A stretch of 64,000 bases of DNA. Origin: Alphaproteobacteria bacterium. Lineage in GTDB: Bacteria > Pseudomonadota > Alphaproteobacteria > Caulobacterales > Aquidulcibacteraceae. This document shows, in pieces, positions 1 to 11,999 of this stretch (position 1 is its first letter; every line of letters begins with the position of its first letter). The stretch covers positions 3 through 64,002 of the forward strand of contig JANNQT010000176.1 of NCBI GenBank assembly GCA_031400895.1, written 5' to 3'. The position numbers and the translations under genes were made by a program. The notes under the pieces are model-generated. The model did not search any database. It was not told the origin of the DNA and saw only the letters and a program-made list of their open reading frames with translations.

Positions 1-1417
<1,417 letters not shown>

Positions 1418-1451
1418 AGCGGGGGTTGGTCATGCGTAGGGACAGGCGCGC

Positions 1452-2594
1452 ATGAGCGGACGCGATTATTACGAAGCCCTCGGCGTGCCGAAGGGCGCCG
1501 ACGCGGCGGCGGTCAAGGCGGCGTTCCGAAAGCTCGCGATGAAGCATCACCCGGACCAGAATCCGGGCTGCAAGGTTTCCGAGGCTACGTTCAAGGAAAT
1601 CGCCGAGGCCTATTCGGTGCTCTCCGATCCGGAGAAACGCGCGCAATACGACCGCTTCGGCAAGGCCGCGTTCCAGAACGGCGCTGGCGGCGGCCCGGGC
1701 GGCTTCACCGATTTCTCCGACCTGTTCAACGAGATTTTCGGCGGAGGTTTCGAGGACGTGTTCGCGCGCGGCGGACGCGGGGCGCGCAACAGCGCCCAGC
1801 GCGGCAGCGATCTGCGCTACGATGTCGAGATCACGCTCGATCAGGCGTTTCGCGGCATGGAGCGCGAGATACTGGTTCCACGAGCGATGGCCTGCGAGCC
1901 CTGCGGCGGCACCGGCTCCGAGGGCAAGGCGCCGCTGCAGACCTGCGCCACCTGCCAGGGCGCGGGCCAAGTGCGCGCCAGCCAAGGCATGTTCCGCATC
2001 GTCCGCACCTGCCCCGCCTGTCACGGCCGCGGGCAAGCGATCAAGACGCCGTGCCGCTCGTGCGGTGGCTGCGGGCTGGTGTCGAAGGAGCGCACGCTGG
2101 CGGTAAAGATTCCCGCCGGCGTCGAGGATGGCACCCGCATCCGGCTGGCGGGCGAAGGCGATTCGGGCGCGCGCGGCGGCCCACCGGGCGATCTCTACCT
2201 GTTCCTATCCGTGCGCCCGCACGCCTTGTTCGAACGCGAGGGAGCGGATTTGTTCTGCCGCGCGCCGACCCCGATGTGCAAGGCGGCGCTGGGCGGGGAG
2301 ATGGAAGTTCCCACCATTGACGGCCACCCCGCCAAACTCACCATACCCCCCGGCGCGCAAACCGGGCGGCGGTTCCGCATCAAGGGCAAGGGCATGAGCC
2401 ACCTGCGCACCGCCGCGCGCGGCGATCTGCATGTTGAGCTGCAGGTCGAAACACCGGTGAATTTGAGCGCCAAGCAGAAGAGGCTGTTGGAGGAGTTCGC
2501 CAAGGAGTGCGGCGCCGACGCGCATCCGCAGACGCAGGGCTTCTTCGATGCGGTGAAGACTTTCTTCGAAAGCAGCCAGGGCCCATCGCGTTGA
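1452..2594 (+). CDS. dnaJ: Chaperone DnaJ
   Basis: J domain HPD, G/F-rich region, four CxxCxGxG repeats; follows dnaK. Confidence 0.98.
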   Translation: MSGRDYYEALGVPKGADAAAVKAAFRKLAMKHHPDQNPGCKVSEATFKEIAEAYSVLSDPEKRAQYDRFGKAAFQNGAGGGPGGFTDFSDLFNEIFGGGFEDVFARGGRGARNSAQRGSDLRYDVEITLDQAFRGMEREILVPRAMACEPCGGTGSEGKAPLQTCATCQGAGQVRASQGMFRIVRTCPACHGRGQAIKTPCRSCGGCGLVSKERTLAVKIPAGVEDGTRIRLAGEGDSGARGGPPGDLYLFLSVRPHALFEREGADLFCRAPTPMCKAALGGEMEVPTIDGHPAKLTIPPGAQTGRRFRIKGKGMSHLRTAARGDLHVELQVETPVNLSAKQKRLLEEFAKECGADAHPQTQGFFDAVKTFFESSQGPSR

Positions 2595-2642
2595 ACCGCA
2601 CGCGCTTGCCGCATTAGCGTCAACGGGCCATAGCGTAGGCGC

Positions 2643-3449
2643 ATGACCCTATCCCTCGCCATTGCCGGCGCCGCCGGGCGTATGGGCCAGGCGCTGGTGC
2701 GCGCGGCCAGCGCCGACAAGCGTTTCGCCATCGTAGGCGTTACCGAACAGCCTGGCGCCAGCGCCTTGGGCGCCGATATCGGCGTGCTCTCGGGCTTGGC
2801 GCCGTTCGGCGTGAGCGCGCTCGACGATGTGCGCCTGGCCGCGGCGGAAGCGCAGGTCTGGCTCGATTTCACCGCGCCGGCGGCCACCCTGCAAGCGCTG
2901 GCGGCGCTTGAGGAAACCAACGTAAGTGCCGCCATTATCGGCACCACGGGATTTTCCCCCGACGAAGAGCCCCAGATCGCCGCCGCCGCGAACCGCATCG
3001 CCATAGTGCGCTCCGGCAATTTCAGCTTGGGCGTGGCGCTGCTGGCCGAATTGGTGCGACAAGCCGCCGCCCGGCTCGCCGCCGATTGGGACATCGAGAT
3101 TTCCGAGACCCACCATCGCCGCAAGCTCGACGCCCCTTCGGGAACGGCGCTGCTGCTCGGCGAGGCCGCCGCAGATGGACGCGGCCAAGCACTTGAGTCG
3201 CTGCGCCTGCCGCCGCACGACCGCCTCAGCGGCGAGCGGCGCGAGGGCGGGATCGGTTTTTCAGTGCGGCGCGGCGGCGGCCTCGTCGGCGAACACGCCG
3301 TGGGTTTCCTATCCGAACATGAAACGTTGACGTTGACGCATCAGGCCTTCGACCGCGGCATCTTCGCCGCCGGGGCGCTGGCGGCGGCGCTCTGGGCGGC
3401 CGACAAACCCGCCGGGCTCTATTCGATGCGCGATGTACTTGCGCTCTGA
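2643..3449 (+). CDS. dapB: 4-hydroxy-tetrahydrodipicolinate reductase
   Basis: GAAGRMG, IGTTG, ETHHRRKLDAPSGTA. Confidence 0.96.
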   Translation: MTLSLAIAGAAGRMGQALVRAASADKRFAIVGVTEQPGASALGADIGVLSGLAPFGVSALDDVRLAAAEAQVWLDFTAPAATLQALAALEETNVSAAIIGTTGFSPDEEPQIAAAANRIAIVRSGNFSLGVALLAELVRQAAARLAADWDIEISETHHRRKLDAPSGTALLLGEAAADGRGQALESLRLPPHDRLSGERREGGIGFSVRRGGGLVGEHAVGFLSEHETLTLTHQAFDRGIFAAGALAAALWAADKPAGLYSMRDVLAL

Positions 3450-3452
3450 GCT

Positions 3453-3947
3453 TCAGGCGCCGCGCTGGGCGCGGTAGAGCGCGGCATTCAGGGCGGCAGC
3501 AAAGCTCTCGCATTCCTTAGGCGACAGGAACGCGCCCAGCAGCATCGCGTCGGGTCCGGCTTGGATGAAGACGCCCTTCCCTTCACGCGCCACCCGCGCC
3601 CAGATCGGGTTGAGCGCCCAGTGCGTCTCCCGGCCGCTCGGCGCGACGGCGGCCACGTGCACGCAATCCTTGGCGACGCGTACGCGCTCCACCACCCGCG
3701 CGGCGCGATAATTGAGCCGGAAAGCCAGCCACAGAGCGAGCACGTCGAGGCCCAGAAAGCCGGCCACGGGAAACGCGCCGTTGGCCCAGAATACTGCCGC
3801 CGCCCCGGCGTTGATGGCGATCACGGCGATCAGCATCACTCGGAACGCGGCGCGGCTCAAACTCCGGTGCGGGCGCAACTCGGCATCCATATAGAGCTTG
3901 CCCTCCAGCACGGGGGCGGTCGGGCGAATTTCCCAGCGCGGCGTCAT
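3453..3947 (-). CDS. DUF2244-type integral membrane protein
   Basis: LRPHRSLS motif, two TM segments, LGAFLSPKE; divergent from nth as is typical in alphaproteobacteria. Confidence 0.8.
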   Translation of the reverse strand: MTPRWEIRPTAPVLEGKLYMDAELRPHRSLSRAAFRVMLIAVIAINAGAAAVFWANGAFPVAGFLGLDVLALWLAFRLNYRAARVVERVRVAKDCVHVAAVAPSGRETHWALNPIWARVAREGKGVFIQAGPDAMLLGAFLSPKECESFAAALNAALYRAQRGA

Positions 3948-3964
3948 CCAGGCTAAGCTAGCAC

Positions 3965-4663
3965 ATGCCCAAGCGCCTGACCAAAGCTCAAGCGGAGGCG
4001 CTGTTCGAGCGCCTCGCCGAAATCCGGCCGGCGCCGCGCACCGAGCTTGCTTACAGCAATCCCTTCACGCTGTTGGTCGCGGTCGTGCTTTCCGCGCAAG
4101 CGACCGACCGGGGCGTGAACAAGGCCACCAAGGAATTGTTCGCTGTCGCCGACACACCCGCGAAGATGCTGGTGCTTGGCGAAGCAGGCGTGGCCGAGCA
4201 CATCAAATCGATCGGCCTCTGGCGCAACAAGGCCAAAAACGTGATCGCGCTTTCGCGGGCCATGTTGGCTGAGCATGGCAGCGAGGTTCCGCGTGAGCGC
4301 GAGGCGTTGGAGCGCTTGCCGGGCGTTGGCCGGAAGACCGCCAATGTCGTGCTGATGGAGGTGTTCGGTGAACTCACCATCGCCGTCGATACTCACGTGT
4401 TCCGCGTCGCCAACCGCACCGGGCTGGCCGCCGGAGAAACGCCGGCGAAGGTCGAGGCGCAGCTGATGAAAATCACCCCGCCGCGCTTTCTGCACGGCGC
4501 GCACCATTGGCTGATCCTGCACGGGCGCTACACCTGCCTGGCGCGCAAGCCCGAATGCCCGCGCTGCCCCATCGCCGAGCTCTGCAATTACGCGCCCAAG
4601 ACACGGGCGATCGCATCGACCAAAATCAACGCGCCTTCCGGCGCGAAGGCCAAGAAGAGATAG
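3965..4663 (+). CDS. nth: Endonuclease III
   Basis: LLVAVVLSAQATD, HhH LPGVGRKTANVV, 4Fe-4S motif C-x6-C-xx-C-x5-C. Confidence 0.97.
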   Translation: MPKRLTKAQAEALFERLAEIRPAPRTELAYSNPFTLLVAVVLSAQATDRGVNKATKELFAVADTPAKMLVLGEAGVAEHIKSIGLWRNKAKNVIALSRAMLAEHGSEVPREREALERLPGVGRKTANVVLMEVFGELTIAVDTHVFRVANRTGLAAGETPAKVEAQLMKITPPRFLHGAHHWLILHGRYTCLARKPECPRCPIAELCNYAPKTRAIASTKINAPSGAKAKKR

Positions 4664-5472
4664 GGCTCAATCGCCTCGATTTCGATCACGCGCCAACGCC
4701 CGTCCTCGCCCAGCACCAAATCGATGCGCACATAAAGCAAATCTCCGGGCGCGCACGCGCGCGCGGCCTCCGCCGCTTCCAGCGCCGCCGGCGGGGGCGG
4801 CGCTGCGACAAACCGCGTTTTGCCGGGAATATTGGCCAGCCAGCCACCCGCATCGGGGACCTTGCGAATCGCATGCGACCAGCGCCCGCCAAACCAGAAC
4901 AGCGACCGCTCGCCCTCGGTTTCTATGCTGCGCAGATAGGGCTGTATCATCGCCAGCCCGCGCGGCCCGTCAATCAGATCGGCCTCGCTCCAACCATTGC
5001 GCTTCAGCCGAACCGTGCCGACCGAGCCCGCGCCCACCTGCGGTTTCACCACAACTTCCGCGGCGTCGAGCGCATCGAAAGCCTGCGCCACGCCGCGCGC
5101 GTCGGCCTGATCGAGCCAGACTGTCTCGATCGCCGCCGGTCCGAGCGTTTTCAGGTAGGTTTTGCGCGCATTCCAACGAACCGTTGCTGACGAATTGCAC
5201 ACGCGCAGGCCGCCGCGCTCGTGTGCTTCCAGGGTGGCCGCGAATTCCTCCGCCCGACTGGTGTAGTCCCAGCAAGTGCGGATCAGCGCCAGGTCGAAGC
5301 CGCGCGCGGCCAAATCCGGCTCATCCCAATACACGGTCTCGAAATCGATCCCGCGTTCGCGCCCGGCGGCGACGATCAATTCGCGGTCCCGAATCTCAAT
5401 TTGCGGCACGTCGTTACGGCTGATGGGCTCGCCGCGATAGGAGCGCCCGTTGAGATAGGCGACGCGGACCAT
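4588..5472 (-). CDS. ATP-grasp protein (RimK/glutathione synthetase-like)
   Basis: LIRTCWDY, VVKPQVGAGS, MIQPYL, YVRIDLV, IEIEAIEP; 3' end overlaps nth convergently. Confidence 0.8.
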   Translation of the reverse strand: MVRVAYLNGRSYRGEPISRNDVPQIEIRDRELIVAAGRERGIDFETVYWDEPDLAARGFDLALIRTCWDYTSRAEEFAATLEAHERGGLRVCNSSATVRWNARKTYLKTLGPAAIETVWLDQADARGVAQAFDALDAAEVVVKPQVGAGSVGTVRLKRNGWSEADLIDGPRGLAMIQPYLRSIETEGERSLFWFGGRWSHAIRKVPDAGGWLANIPGKTRFVAAPPPPAALEAAEAARACAPGDLLYVRIDLVLGEDGRWRVIEIEAIEPYLFLAFAPEGALILVDAIARVLGA

Positions 5473-5864
5473 TAGCGCGCGCGCGCTTCACCGGCGCATT
5501 GCTCCACGCTCGGCGCGAGCGCGCCGGCGCGGCGCGGGCCCGGATGCACCATGGTCAGCCGCTGGGTGTTTTGCGCATCCGCTTCGAACAGCAACAGCAG
5601 GGCGCAGCTCTCCAGCCGGTAGGTCAGCGCCGCCCCTGCCCCCTCGTTGCGCACCAGATCGGGCGCGCCGAACGCAGCGACGATATCGGCTTGCGTCGGC
5701 GCGCTGGACTCATGGCTCGCCGCCCGCAGCAGCCGAAGCGCGCGCGAGGGTTGCGGCGCGTCCGCTGTGACGGACTGAGGCGCCGTGGAGGGCGCAGGGG
5801 TTGCCAAGGGCGTTGTGGCGCAAGCGGACAGCAGCAGCGCAGAGGCAAACAGAGAGAATCGCAT
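5472..5864 (-). CDS. Hypothetical lipoprotein
   Basis: MRFSLFASALLLSAC lipobox; FGAPDLVR...LTYR..C motif; start inferred inside the longer ORF 5472..6668. Confidence 0.7.
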   Translation of the reverse strand: MRFSLFASALLLSACATTPLATPAPSTAPQSVTADAPQPSRALRLLRAASHESSAPTQADIVAAFGAPDLVRNEGAGAALTYRLESCALLLLFEADAQNTQRLTMVHPGPRRAGALAPSVEQCAGEARAR

Positions 5865-5957
5865 GGGCCCACAATGCCGCCGGCAAGCGGCGCCGGCAAT
5901 GCTTGCCAGCCGTGCCGCGCCGCGGTTACACCCGCTTCCTTTTCCACGGAAATGCCC

Positions 5958-6950
5958 ATGTCTTCCAGCTACGACGTCGTCGCCGTCGGCAACGCAATCA
6001 TCGATCTTATCCAGCCGGTCACCGACGGCTTCCTGGCCGAGGAAGGCATCGCCAAGGACGCCATGACCCTGATCGATGAAGCGCGCGCCGAGCATCTCAC
6101 CACCAGGCTTTCGCAGGCGATCATGGCGGCCGGCGGCTCGGCTGCCAACACCATGACCGGCATCGCCAGCTTCGGCGGTTCGGCCGGCTTTATCGGCAAA
6201 GTTGCCGACGACGCCTTGGGCGCACACTTTCGCGCCGAGTTTCGCGCCGCCGGCGTCGCCTTCGACACCCCCGCGCGCGCCGCGCCGCCAGCGACGGCCC
6301 GTTCGATCATCGCCGTCACTGGCGACGGCCATCGCTCGATGAACACCTATCTTGGCGCCTCCACCCTGCTCGGCCCCGAAGACATCGACGCGGCCCTTGT
6401 CGGCGCCGGCCAGACCTTGTTTTTGGAAGGTTATCTGTTCGACCGCGACGAAGCCAAGGCGGCGTTCGTGCGCGCCGCCGAAATCGCCCGCGCCGCCGGG
6501 CGCAAGGTGGCGCTGACGCTTTCGGATAAATTCTGCGTCGATCGCCACCGCGCCAGCTTCAGGCATCTGGTCGCCGGCCATGTCGATCTGCTGTTCGCCA
6601 ACGAGACCGAAATCCTCGCGCTGTACGAAGAGAACGATCTCACCGCCGCCATCGCCGCCGCCACCCATGCTTGTCCGACAGTGGCCGTCACACGCTCAGC
6701 GCGCGGCTCGCTGATAAGTACGGCGGCGGAGAGCGTTGAGATCGCCGCCGTCGCGACCGACGTGGTCGATACGACCGGCGCGGGCGACCAATATGCAGCG
6801 GGATTTTTGTTCGGAATCGCCCGCGGGCGTCCGCTCGGCGAATGCGGCGCGCTCGCCTCGCTGGCGGCGGCGGAAGTGATTTCCCATGTCGGCCCGCGGC
6901 CGGAGCAGAATTTACGCGCGCTGGCGCTGGCGCGCGGAATGCGGGTTTAG
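5958..6950 (+). CDS. PfkB-family adenosine/carbohydrate kinase
   Basis: VGNAIID, GGSAANT, LFANETE, VDTTGAGDQYAAG. Confidence 0.93.
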   Translation: MSSSYDVVAVGNAIIDLIQPVTDGFLAEEGIAKDAMTLIDEARAEHLTTRLSQAIMAAGGSAANTMTGIASFGGSAGFIGKVADDALGAHFRAEFRAAGVAFDTPARAAPPATARSIIAVTGDGHRSMNTYLGASTLLGPEDIDAALVGAGQTLFLEGYLFDRDEAKAAFVRAAEIARAAGRKVALTLSDKFCVDRHRASFRHLVAGHVDLLFANETEILALYEENDLTAAIAAATHACPTVAVTRSARGSLISTAAESVEIAAVATDVVDTTGAGDQYAAGFLFGIARGRPLGECGALASLAAAEVISHVGPRPEQNLRALALARGMRV

Positions 6951-6979
6951 CGTTTATCCGATCGGAACACGCACCTAAA

Positions 6980-8284
6980 TTAGAGGATAAATCGCGACAG
7001 ATCGGCGTTCTTGGCCAGATCCCCGACGTGCTCGGCGACGTAAGCGGCGTCGATGCGGACATGCTCGCCTTTGCGGTCGGGCGCGGAGAAGCTGATCTCG
7101 TCCAGCAGCCGCTCCATCACCGTATGCAGCCGGCGCGCGCCGATATTCTCAACTGCGGCGTTCACATCCGCGGCGGTCGCGGCGATCGCCTCGACCGCGT
7201 CTTCGGTGAACTCGACGTTCACACCTTCGGTCAGCAGCAACGCCTTGTACTGGGTGACCAGGCTCGCTTCCGGCTCGGTGAGGATGCGGCGGAAGTCCTC
7301 GCGCGTCAGCGCTTTCAGTTCAACGCGGATTGGCAGCCGGCCTTGCAGTTCGGGCAGCAGGTCCGAAGGCTTGGCGACATGGAAAGCGCCCGAGGCGATG
7401 AACAGGATGTGGTCCGTCTTCACCTGCCCGTGCTTGGTGCTGACGATCGTGCCCTCGATCAGCGGCAACAGATCGCGCTGCACGCCTTCGCGGCTGACAT
7501 CGCCGACGCCGACGCGCTCGGACCGCGACGCGATCTTGTCAATCTCGTCGAGAAACACGATGCCGTCCTCGGCGGCGCTCATGAGCGCCTCCTTCACCAG
7601 CGCATCCTGATCGACCAGCTTGTCGCTCTCCTCGCGCACAAGCGGCTCATGCGCTTGATCCACGCTCATGCGCACGCGCTTGGTCCGGCGCCCGAACGCC
7701 TTGCCAAAGAGTTCGCCGATATTGACGATTCCGACGCCCGGCTGGCCCGGAATGTCGAGCCCATTCAGCGGACTTCCGGTGTCTTCGACCTCGATTTCGA
7801 CCGGCGATTCCCGGAGCTCGTTGTTGCGCAGCTTCTTGCGGAACGATTCTCGCGTCGCCGCGCTTGAGCCTGGCCCCACCAGCGCATCGAGCACGCGTTC
7901 CTCGGCGGCGGCTTCCGCGCGCGCGCGCACTTCGCGCCGTCGCCGTTCGCGCGCCATGGAGAGCGCGACCTCGACAAGATCGCGCACGATCTGCTCGACA
8001 TCGCGCCCGACATAGCCAATTTCGGTGAATTTGGTGGCCTCGACCTTGAGGAACGGCGCGCCGGCGAGCTTCGCCAAGCGACGCGCGATCTCGGTCTTGC
8101 CGACGCCAGTTGGCCCGATCATCAGGATGTTTTTTGGCGTGACCTCCTCGCGCAGCTCCTCGGGCAATTGCTTGCGCCGCCAGCGATTGCGCAGGGCGAT
8201 GGCGACAGCGCGCTTGGCGTCGCCTTGGCCGACGATAAAGCGATCAAGCTCGGAGACGATTTCGCGCGGGGAAAAATGGGTCAT
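6980..8284 (-). CDS. hslU: HslUV protease ATPase subunit
   Basis: [28 protein letters not shown]-terminal LSRFIL. Confidence 0.98.
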   Translation of the reverse strand: MTHFSPREIVSELDRFIVGQGDAKRAVAIALRNRWRRKQLPEELREEVTPKNILMIGPTGVGKTEIARRLAKLAGAPFLKVEATKFTEIGYVGRDVEQIVRDLVEVALSMARERRRREVRARAEAAAEERVLDALVGPGSSAATRESFRKKLRNNELRESPVEIEVEDTGSPLNGLDIPGQPGVGIVNIGELFGKAFGRRTKRVRMSVDQAHEPLVREESDKLVDQDALVKEALMSAAEDGIVFLDEIDKIASRSERVGVGDVSREGVQRDLLPLIEGTIVSTKHGQVKTDHILFIASGAFHVAKPSDLLPELQGRLPIRVELKALTREDFRRILTEPEASLVTQYKALLLTEGVNVEFTEDAVEAIAATAADVNAAVENIGARRLHTVMERLLDEISFSAPDRKGEHVRIDAAYVAEHVGDLAKNADLSRFIL

Positions 8285-8326
8285 CGCGCCAAAGACTTAA
8301 GGCGCCCCGGGGCGGCCGCTTCCAGT

Positions 8327-8881
8327 TCAGCTTTGCTCGCCACCCAGCGTCTCCACCGTCAAATTGCGGTTGGTATAGACGCAAATATCCGCGGCGATGT
8401 CCATCGCCTGGCGCGCGATCGCCTCGGCGGAATCCACGTGCGGGTAGAGCGCGCGCGCTGCTGCAAGCGCGAAATTGCCGCCCGAGCCCACCGCCATCAC
8501 CGGGTGTTCGGGATCGACGACGTCGCCGGCGCCGGTGATCAGGAAGGTCTCCTTGTCGTCGGCGACGATCAGCATGGCGTCGAGCCGGCGCAGCGCCCGA
8601 TCCGTGCGCCAGTCCTTGGCCAGTTCGACGCAGGCGCGCGCCAGCTGCTTGGGGAAACGATCAAGCTTCTGTTCCAGCCGCTCAAATAGAGCCAGCGCGT
8701 CCGCCGTGGCCCCGGCGAAGCCGGCGATCACATCGCCGTTCAGGAGCCGACGAACCTTGCGCGCATTGCCCTTCAGGATGGTGGCGCCGGCCGACACCTG
8801 CCCGTCTCCGGCCAGCACCACCTTGCCGCCCTTGCGCACGCAAAGGATGGTGGTGCCGTGCCAGTTCGCCGCTTCACTCAT
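8327..8881 (-). CDS. hslV: HslUV protease peptidase subunit
   Basis: HGTTIL N-terminal nucleophile, [15 protein letters not shown]. Confidence 0.97.
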   Translation of the reverse strand: MSEAANWHGTTILCVRKGGKVVLAGDGQVSAGATILKGNARKVRRLLNGDVIAGFAGATADALALFERLEQKLDRFPKQLARACVELAKDWRTDRALRRLDAMLIVADDKETFLITGAGDVVDPEHPVMAVGSGGNFALAAARALYPHVDSAEAIARQAMDIAADICVYTNRNLTVETLGGEQS

Positions 8882-8888
8882 GCCCTTC

Positions 8889-8917
8889 ATGTGGCCGAGC
8901 CTGGGCGCGCAATCAAG
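8889..8917 (-). promoter_or_regulatory. Putative sigma32 (RpoH) promoter of hslVU
   Basis: Minus strand CTTGAT-N17-CCACAT ending 7 nt before the ATG at 8881, implying a near-leaderless mRNA; upstream of heat-shock genes. Confidence 0.5.
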
Positions 8918-10592
8918 CGGCGGCGTTGATCCCTTGGCGGTGCAGCAATGCTTCAAACTCTCGCGCCGGGACCGCCGCGCCGTACAGGAACCCCTGCCCC
9001 CATTGGCAGCCGCGGGCGGCCATGAAGTCCGCCTCCGCCGTTTCCTCGACCCCCTCGGCAACCACCTCCATGCCCAGGGTCCGCGCCAGCGCCAGGATCA
9101 TGTCGATGATCGCGCCCGCATGCCCGTCGCCGCGGCGCAGCGCGCGAATGAATTGCTGGTCGATCTTGATCACATCGAACGGCAGCTTCGAAAGCGCGCT
9201 CAAGCTCGAATGACCGCAGCCAAAGTCGTCGATGGCAAGGCCAATTCCCGCCGCCCGCAACGGCGCGATGGCGCGGGCGGTGCGTTCGGGATCTTCCATG
9301 ATCGCGGATTCGGTGATCTCAAGCTCCAGGCAGTGCGGCGAAAGTCCCGCGCCCGACACGGTGCGCAGCACGCCCTGGGCGAAATCCTCATTGCGAAACT
9401 GCAGCGCCGATACGTTGACCGCGACTTTGATCGGCCGCCCGGCGCGGGCCCAGGCCGCCGCTTTCCAGCAGGCGTCGCGCAGAATCGCGTCCGCCAACGG
9501 GCCAATCAATCCGCTCTCTTCGGCCGCGGGAATGAAACGGCCGGGGCCGACGATGGTCTGGTCCGGCCGCGTCCAGCGCGCCAGCGCTTCGCAGGCCTCG
9601 ATCTTGCCGGAGTGGTAGTTGAGCTTCGGCTGAAAGTAAGCGCGGAACTCGCCGCGCTCGATGCCGCTGCGCAATTCTCGCTCCAGCGAGAGCTTGGCGG
9701 CTGTTTCGCGGTCGAGCGCGGCGGTGAACAGGCGCGCCCGCGTCGGCGCCAATTCCGCGGCGCCGCCGGCGAGGCGGGCGCGCCGGATCAGCGTTTCGCT
9801 GTCGCCGCCATGATGCGGCGCGAAGGCGCCACCCGCGCGCGCCGCCGGCGACCAAAGGTGGCCGCGCCATTCGAGTGGCTGGTTGAGCGCCGCAACTACC
9901 CGCTCGAGGAAGCGCTTGCCATGCGCCGGCGAAGCGGGCGCGAACACACAGGCGGCAAATTCATCCGCGCCCAGCCGTGCGGCGAGGAACGCTCCCTCGC
10001 CCGCTTCGCTTGCCGCGGCGCGCACCGCGTCAGCGAAGCGTTCGGCAAGCGTGCGCAGGAGGCGTTGCGCCAAACTCGGTTCCTGCGACTGTGCAAGCTG
10101 CGCCCAACGACGCAACTCGAACACCGCCACCAGCGCCACGCGCGTCGAACCCGGCGCCATCAGCCGCGCGTCGATTTCGTGCTGGAAACCGTGGTGGTTG
10201 GGCAATTGCGTGGTTTGATCGATGAAGGCGATCTCTCGCGCGCGCCTAGTCGAAGCTTCGAGACGCGCGTTCAGGGTGTTGAGGGCCTCCGCCAATTCCT
10301 CGGTCGCGCCGCCCGTGCGCAATTTCAGCGGCAGCACGTGCTTCTCGCGCACCAGCTTGCGTGCGTACGCGACCACCGCCTGCAACGGCAACGCCGAGCG
10401 CCACGCCATCGCGCAGGCCAGGGCAATGGTCGCCGCCAAGCCAAGCGTCAGCACCGCCCACGAAAGCGTCGCCATCGCCACCGCCGCGATGGCGGCCGAG
10501 GCGAGCATCGCCGCGCCGATGAAGAGCGTTGCGCGCGCCGCCAAGCCGAGCGGTCGGCGGTGTTGGATGGGGGACCGCGTCGGGGCGGGCAT
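8913..10592 (-). CDS. Membrane-anchored GGDEF(degenerate)-EAL c-di-GMP phosphodiesterase
   Basis: N-terminal TM and HAMP-like segment, [39 protein letters not shown]. Confidence 0.9.
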   Translation of the reverse strand: MPAPTRSPIQHRRPLGLAARATLFIGAAMLASAAIAAVAMATLSWAVLTLGLAATIALACAMAWRSALPLQAVVAYARKLVREKHVLPLKLRTGGATEELAEALNTLNARLEASTRRAREIAFIDQTTQLPNHHGFQHEIDARLMAPGSTRVALVAVFELRRWAQLAQSQEPSLAQRLLRTLAERFADAVRAAASEAGEGAFLAARLGADEFAACVFAPASPAHGKRFLERVVAALNQPLEWRGHLWSPAARAGGAFAPHHGGDSETLIRRARLAGGAAELAPTRARLFTAALDRETAAKLSLERELRSGIERGEFRAYFQPKLNYHSGKIEACEALARWTRPDQTIVGPGRFIPAAEESGLIGPLADAILRDACWKAAAWARAGRPIKVAVNVSALQFRNEDFAQGVLRTVSGAGLSPHCLELEITESAIMEDPERTARAIAPLRAAGIGLAIDDFGCGHSSLSALSKLPFDVIKIDQQFIRALRRGDGHAGAIIDMILALARTLGMEVVAEGVEETAEADFMAARGCQWGQGFLYGAAVPAREFEALLHRQGINAAA

Positions 10593-10657
10593 GGGTTTCT
10601 CCGGTGAGCCCAAACAGATCGCCGGATTTGGTTAGAATGGGCTGAACGCGCCGCCGT

Positions 10658-11248
10658 TTACCCTGCGGTAACGCGCGCCAGACGCCAATTCGGGTCGGAC
10701 GAGCGCACATCGCGTTCGAAGGTCCAGCGTTCGCGTGCGTCGCGCACCCCATGCGCGCCTTCGGCCAGTTCGGCCTCGAACTTGACGGCAACGCGAGCGA
10801 TGCCGCCATCGAGGGCCGCATCCACAAGTTCAATCGATTTCAGTCTGACCAGTTCGGGACCATTGCCGCCGCCCTCTTCGCGCTTGGTGATGGCGATTTG
10901 ATAAGATTCGTAAACCCGCGGCGTCAGCAGGCCGCGCAACGCTTCGCGGTCGCCCTTGGCGAAGGCCGCGACGATCATCTCATAAGCGCCGCGCGCGCCG
11001 GCGAGAAAATGATCCACGTCAAAGCTCGGGTCGGCGCGGACGATCGCCATTACCCCGCCATCGTGTGCCGCGCCCGTCGGCGCCGGTTCGACCGGCCGCT
11101 CGCGCGGCAATTCTCCCTGGACCGGCGCGGGCGCTGGCTCCGCGGGGCGCTCGGCCCCGGTCCGTTTGCCCAGCGTGGTGTACAGGCGGAACAGGACAAA
11201 ACCGGCGACAAACGCCAGGATCAGAAGCTCCCAAGAAGAGGAATTCAA
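10658..11248 (-). CDS. Tim44/TimA family adaptor protein
   Basis: N-terminal TM then LGKRTG; FLAGARGAYEMIV; WTFERD...PNWRL; divergent from secB; start uncertain. Confidence 0.88.
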   Translation of the reverse strand: MNSSSWELLILAFVAGFVLFRLYTTLGKRTGAERPAEPAPAPVQGELPRERPVEPAPTGAAHDGGVMAIVRADPSFDVDHFLAGARGAYEMIVAAFAKGDREALRGLLTPRVYESYQIAITKREEGGGNGPELVRLKSIELVDAALDGGIARVAVKFEAELAEGAHGVRDARERWTFERDVRSSDPNWRLARVTAG

Positions 11249-11411
11249 CGCACTGCCTCCCGGTGGCGCAACCAAGCGCCAACCCCAAGCTTCACTAATT
11301 CACAGACCCTACATAGGACCGAAAAGTCGCGACCGCCAGCGCGGTTGCGCTGCTAGCGATGAAGCCGCATATAGCCCTCCCCCGGAACGCTTTGCCTGAA
11401 CGGATGGACGC

Positions 11412-11999
11412 ATGAATACGCAGTCCGCGCCCGGCGGTACGCCGCCGGATTCCCCCCATCTCCGGGTGCTGACCCAATACGTGAAGGAATTGACTTTCCG
11501 TAATATCGCCGCCGCCGCGGCCCAGAGCTTGGACGTTCAGCCCGCCATCGATATGGGCGTCGAGGTCAAATCCCGCCCGATCGGAGAGAACGCCGAGGCG
11601 GTTGAGGTCGATCTTTGCATCAACGTGCACGCCAAGCGCGCCGATTCAGCCATGTTCACGGTCGATCTGGTGTATTCGGGCTTGTTCCAGTTCGTGAACG
11701 TTCGCCCGGAAGACATCGAGCCGTTGATCTGGATCGAGTGCCCGCGGCTGCTGTTTCCGTTCAGCCGCCAGATTCTGGCGGAGGTGACGCGCGAAGGAGG
11801 GTTTCCCCCGCTGCTGATCAATCCGATTGATTTCACCCCGCTTTATTGGGCCGAGCTGCGCGACCGCCAGGATCGCGAGCAGGCCGGCGGGGATGTTCCC
11901 CTGGGGGCCTCCGCCGATCTTGCTGCCCCAATCGAGGATCGCGCGCCGCCGAGCAGCGACGTTCCCCTGGGCGCGCCCCGTTCTTTCGACCCCATCTAG
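11412..11999 (+). CDS. secB: Protein-export chaperone SecB
   Basis: QYVKELTF, IECPRLLFPF, GGFPPLLINPIDF. Confidence 0.92.
   Translation: MNTQSAPGGTPPDSPHLRVLTQYVKELTFRNIAAAAAQSLDVQPAIDMGVEVKSRPIGENAEAVEVDLCINVHAKRADSAMFTVDLVYSGLFQFVNVRPEDIEPLIWIECPRLLFPFSRQILAEVTREGGFPPLLINPIDFTPLYWAELRDRQDREQAGGDVPLGASADLAAPIEDRAPPSSDVPLGAPRSFDPI

Noticed and set aside
4588-4663. 76-bp convergent overlap of nth and the ATP-grasp gene
   Set aside because: The overlap covers a non-conserved nth tail; common in GC-rich genomes.
8475-10607. 710-aa plus-strand ORF and the many other long antisense or alternate-frame ORFs in the track
   Set aside because: They shadow well-supported genes, are Arg/Ala/Pro-rich with no motifs, and are expected in high-GC DNA.
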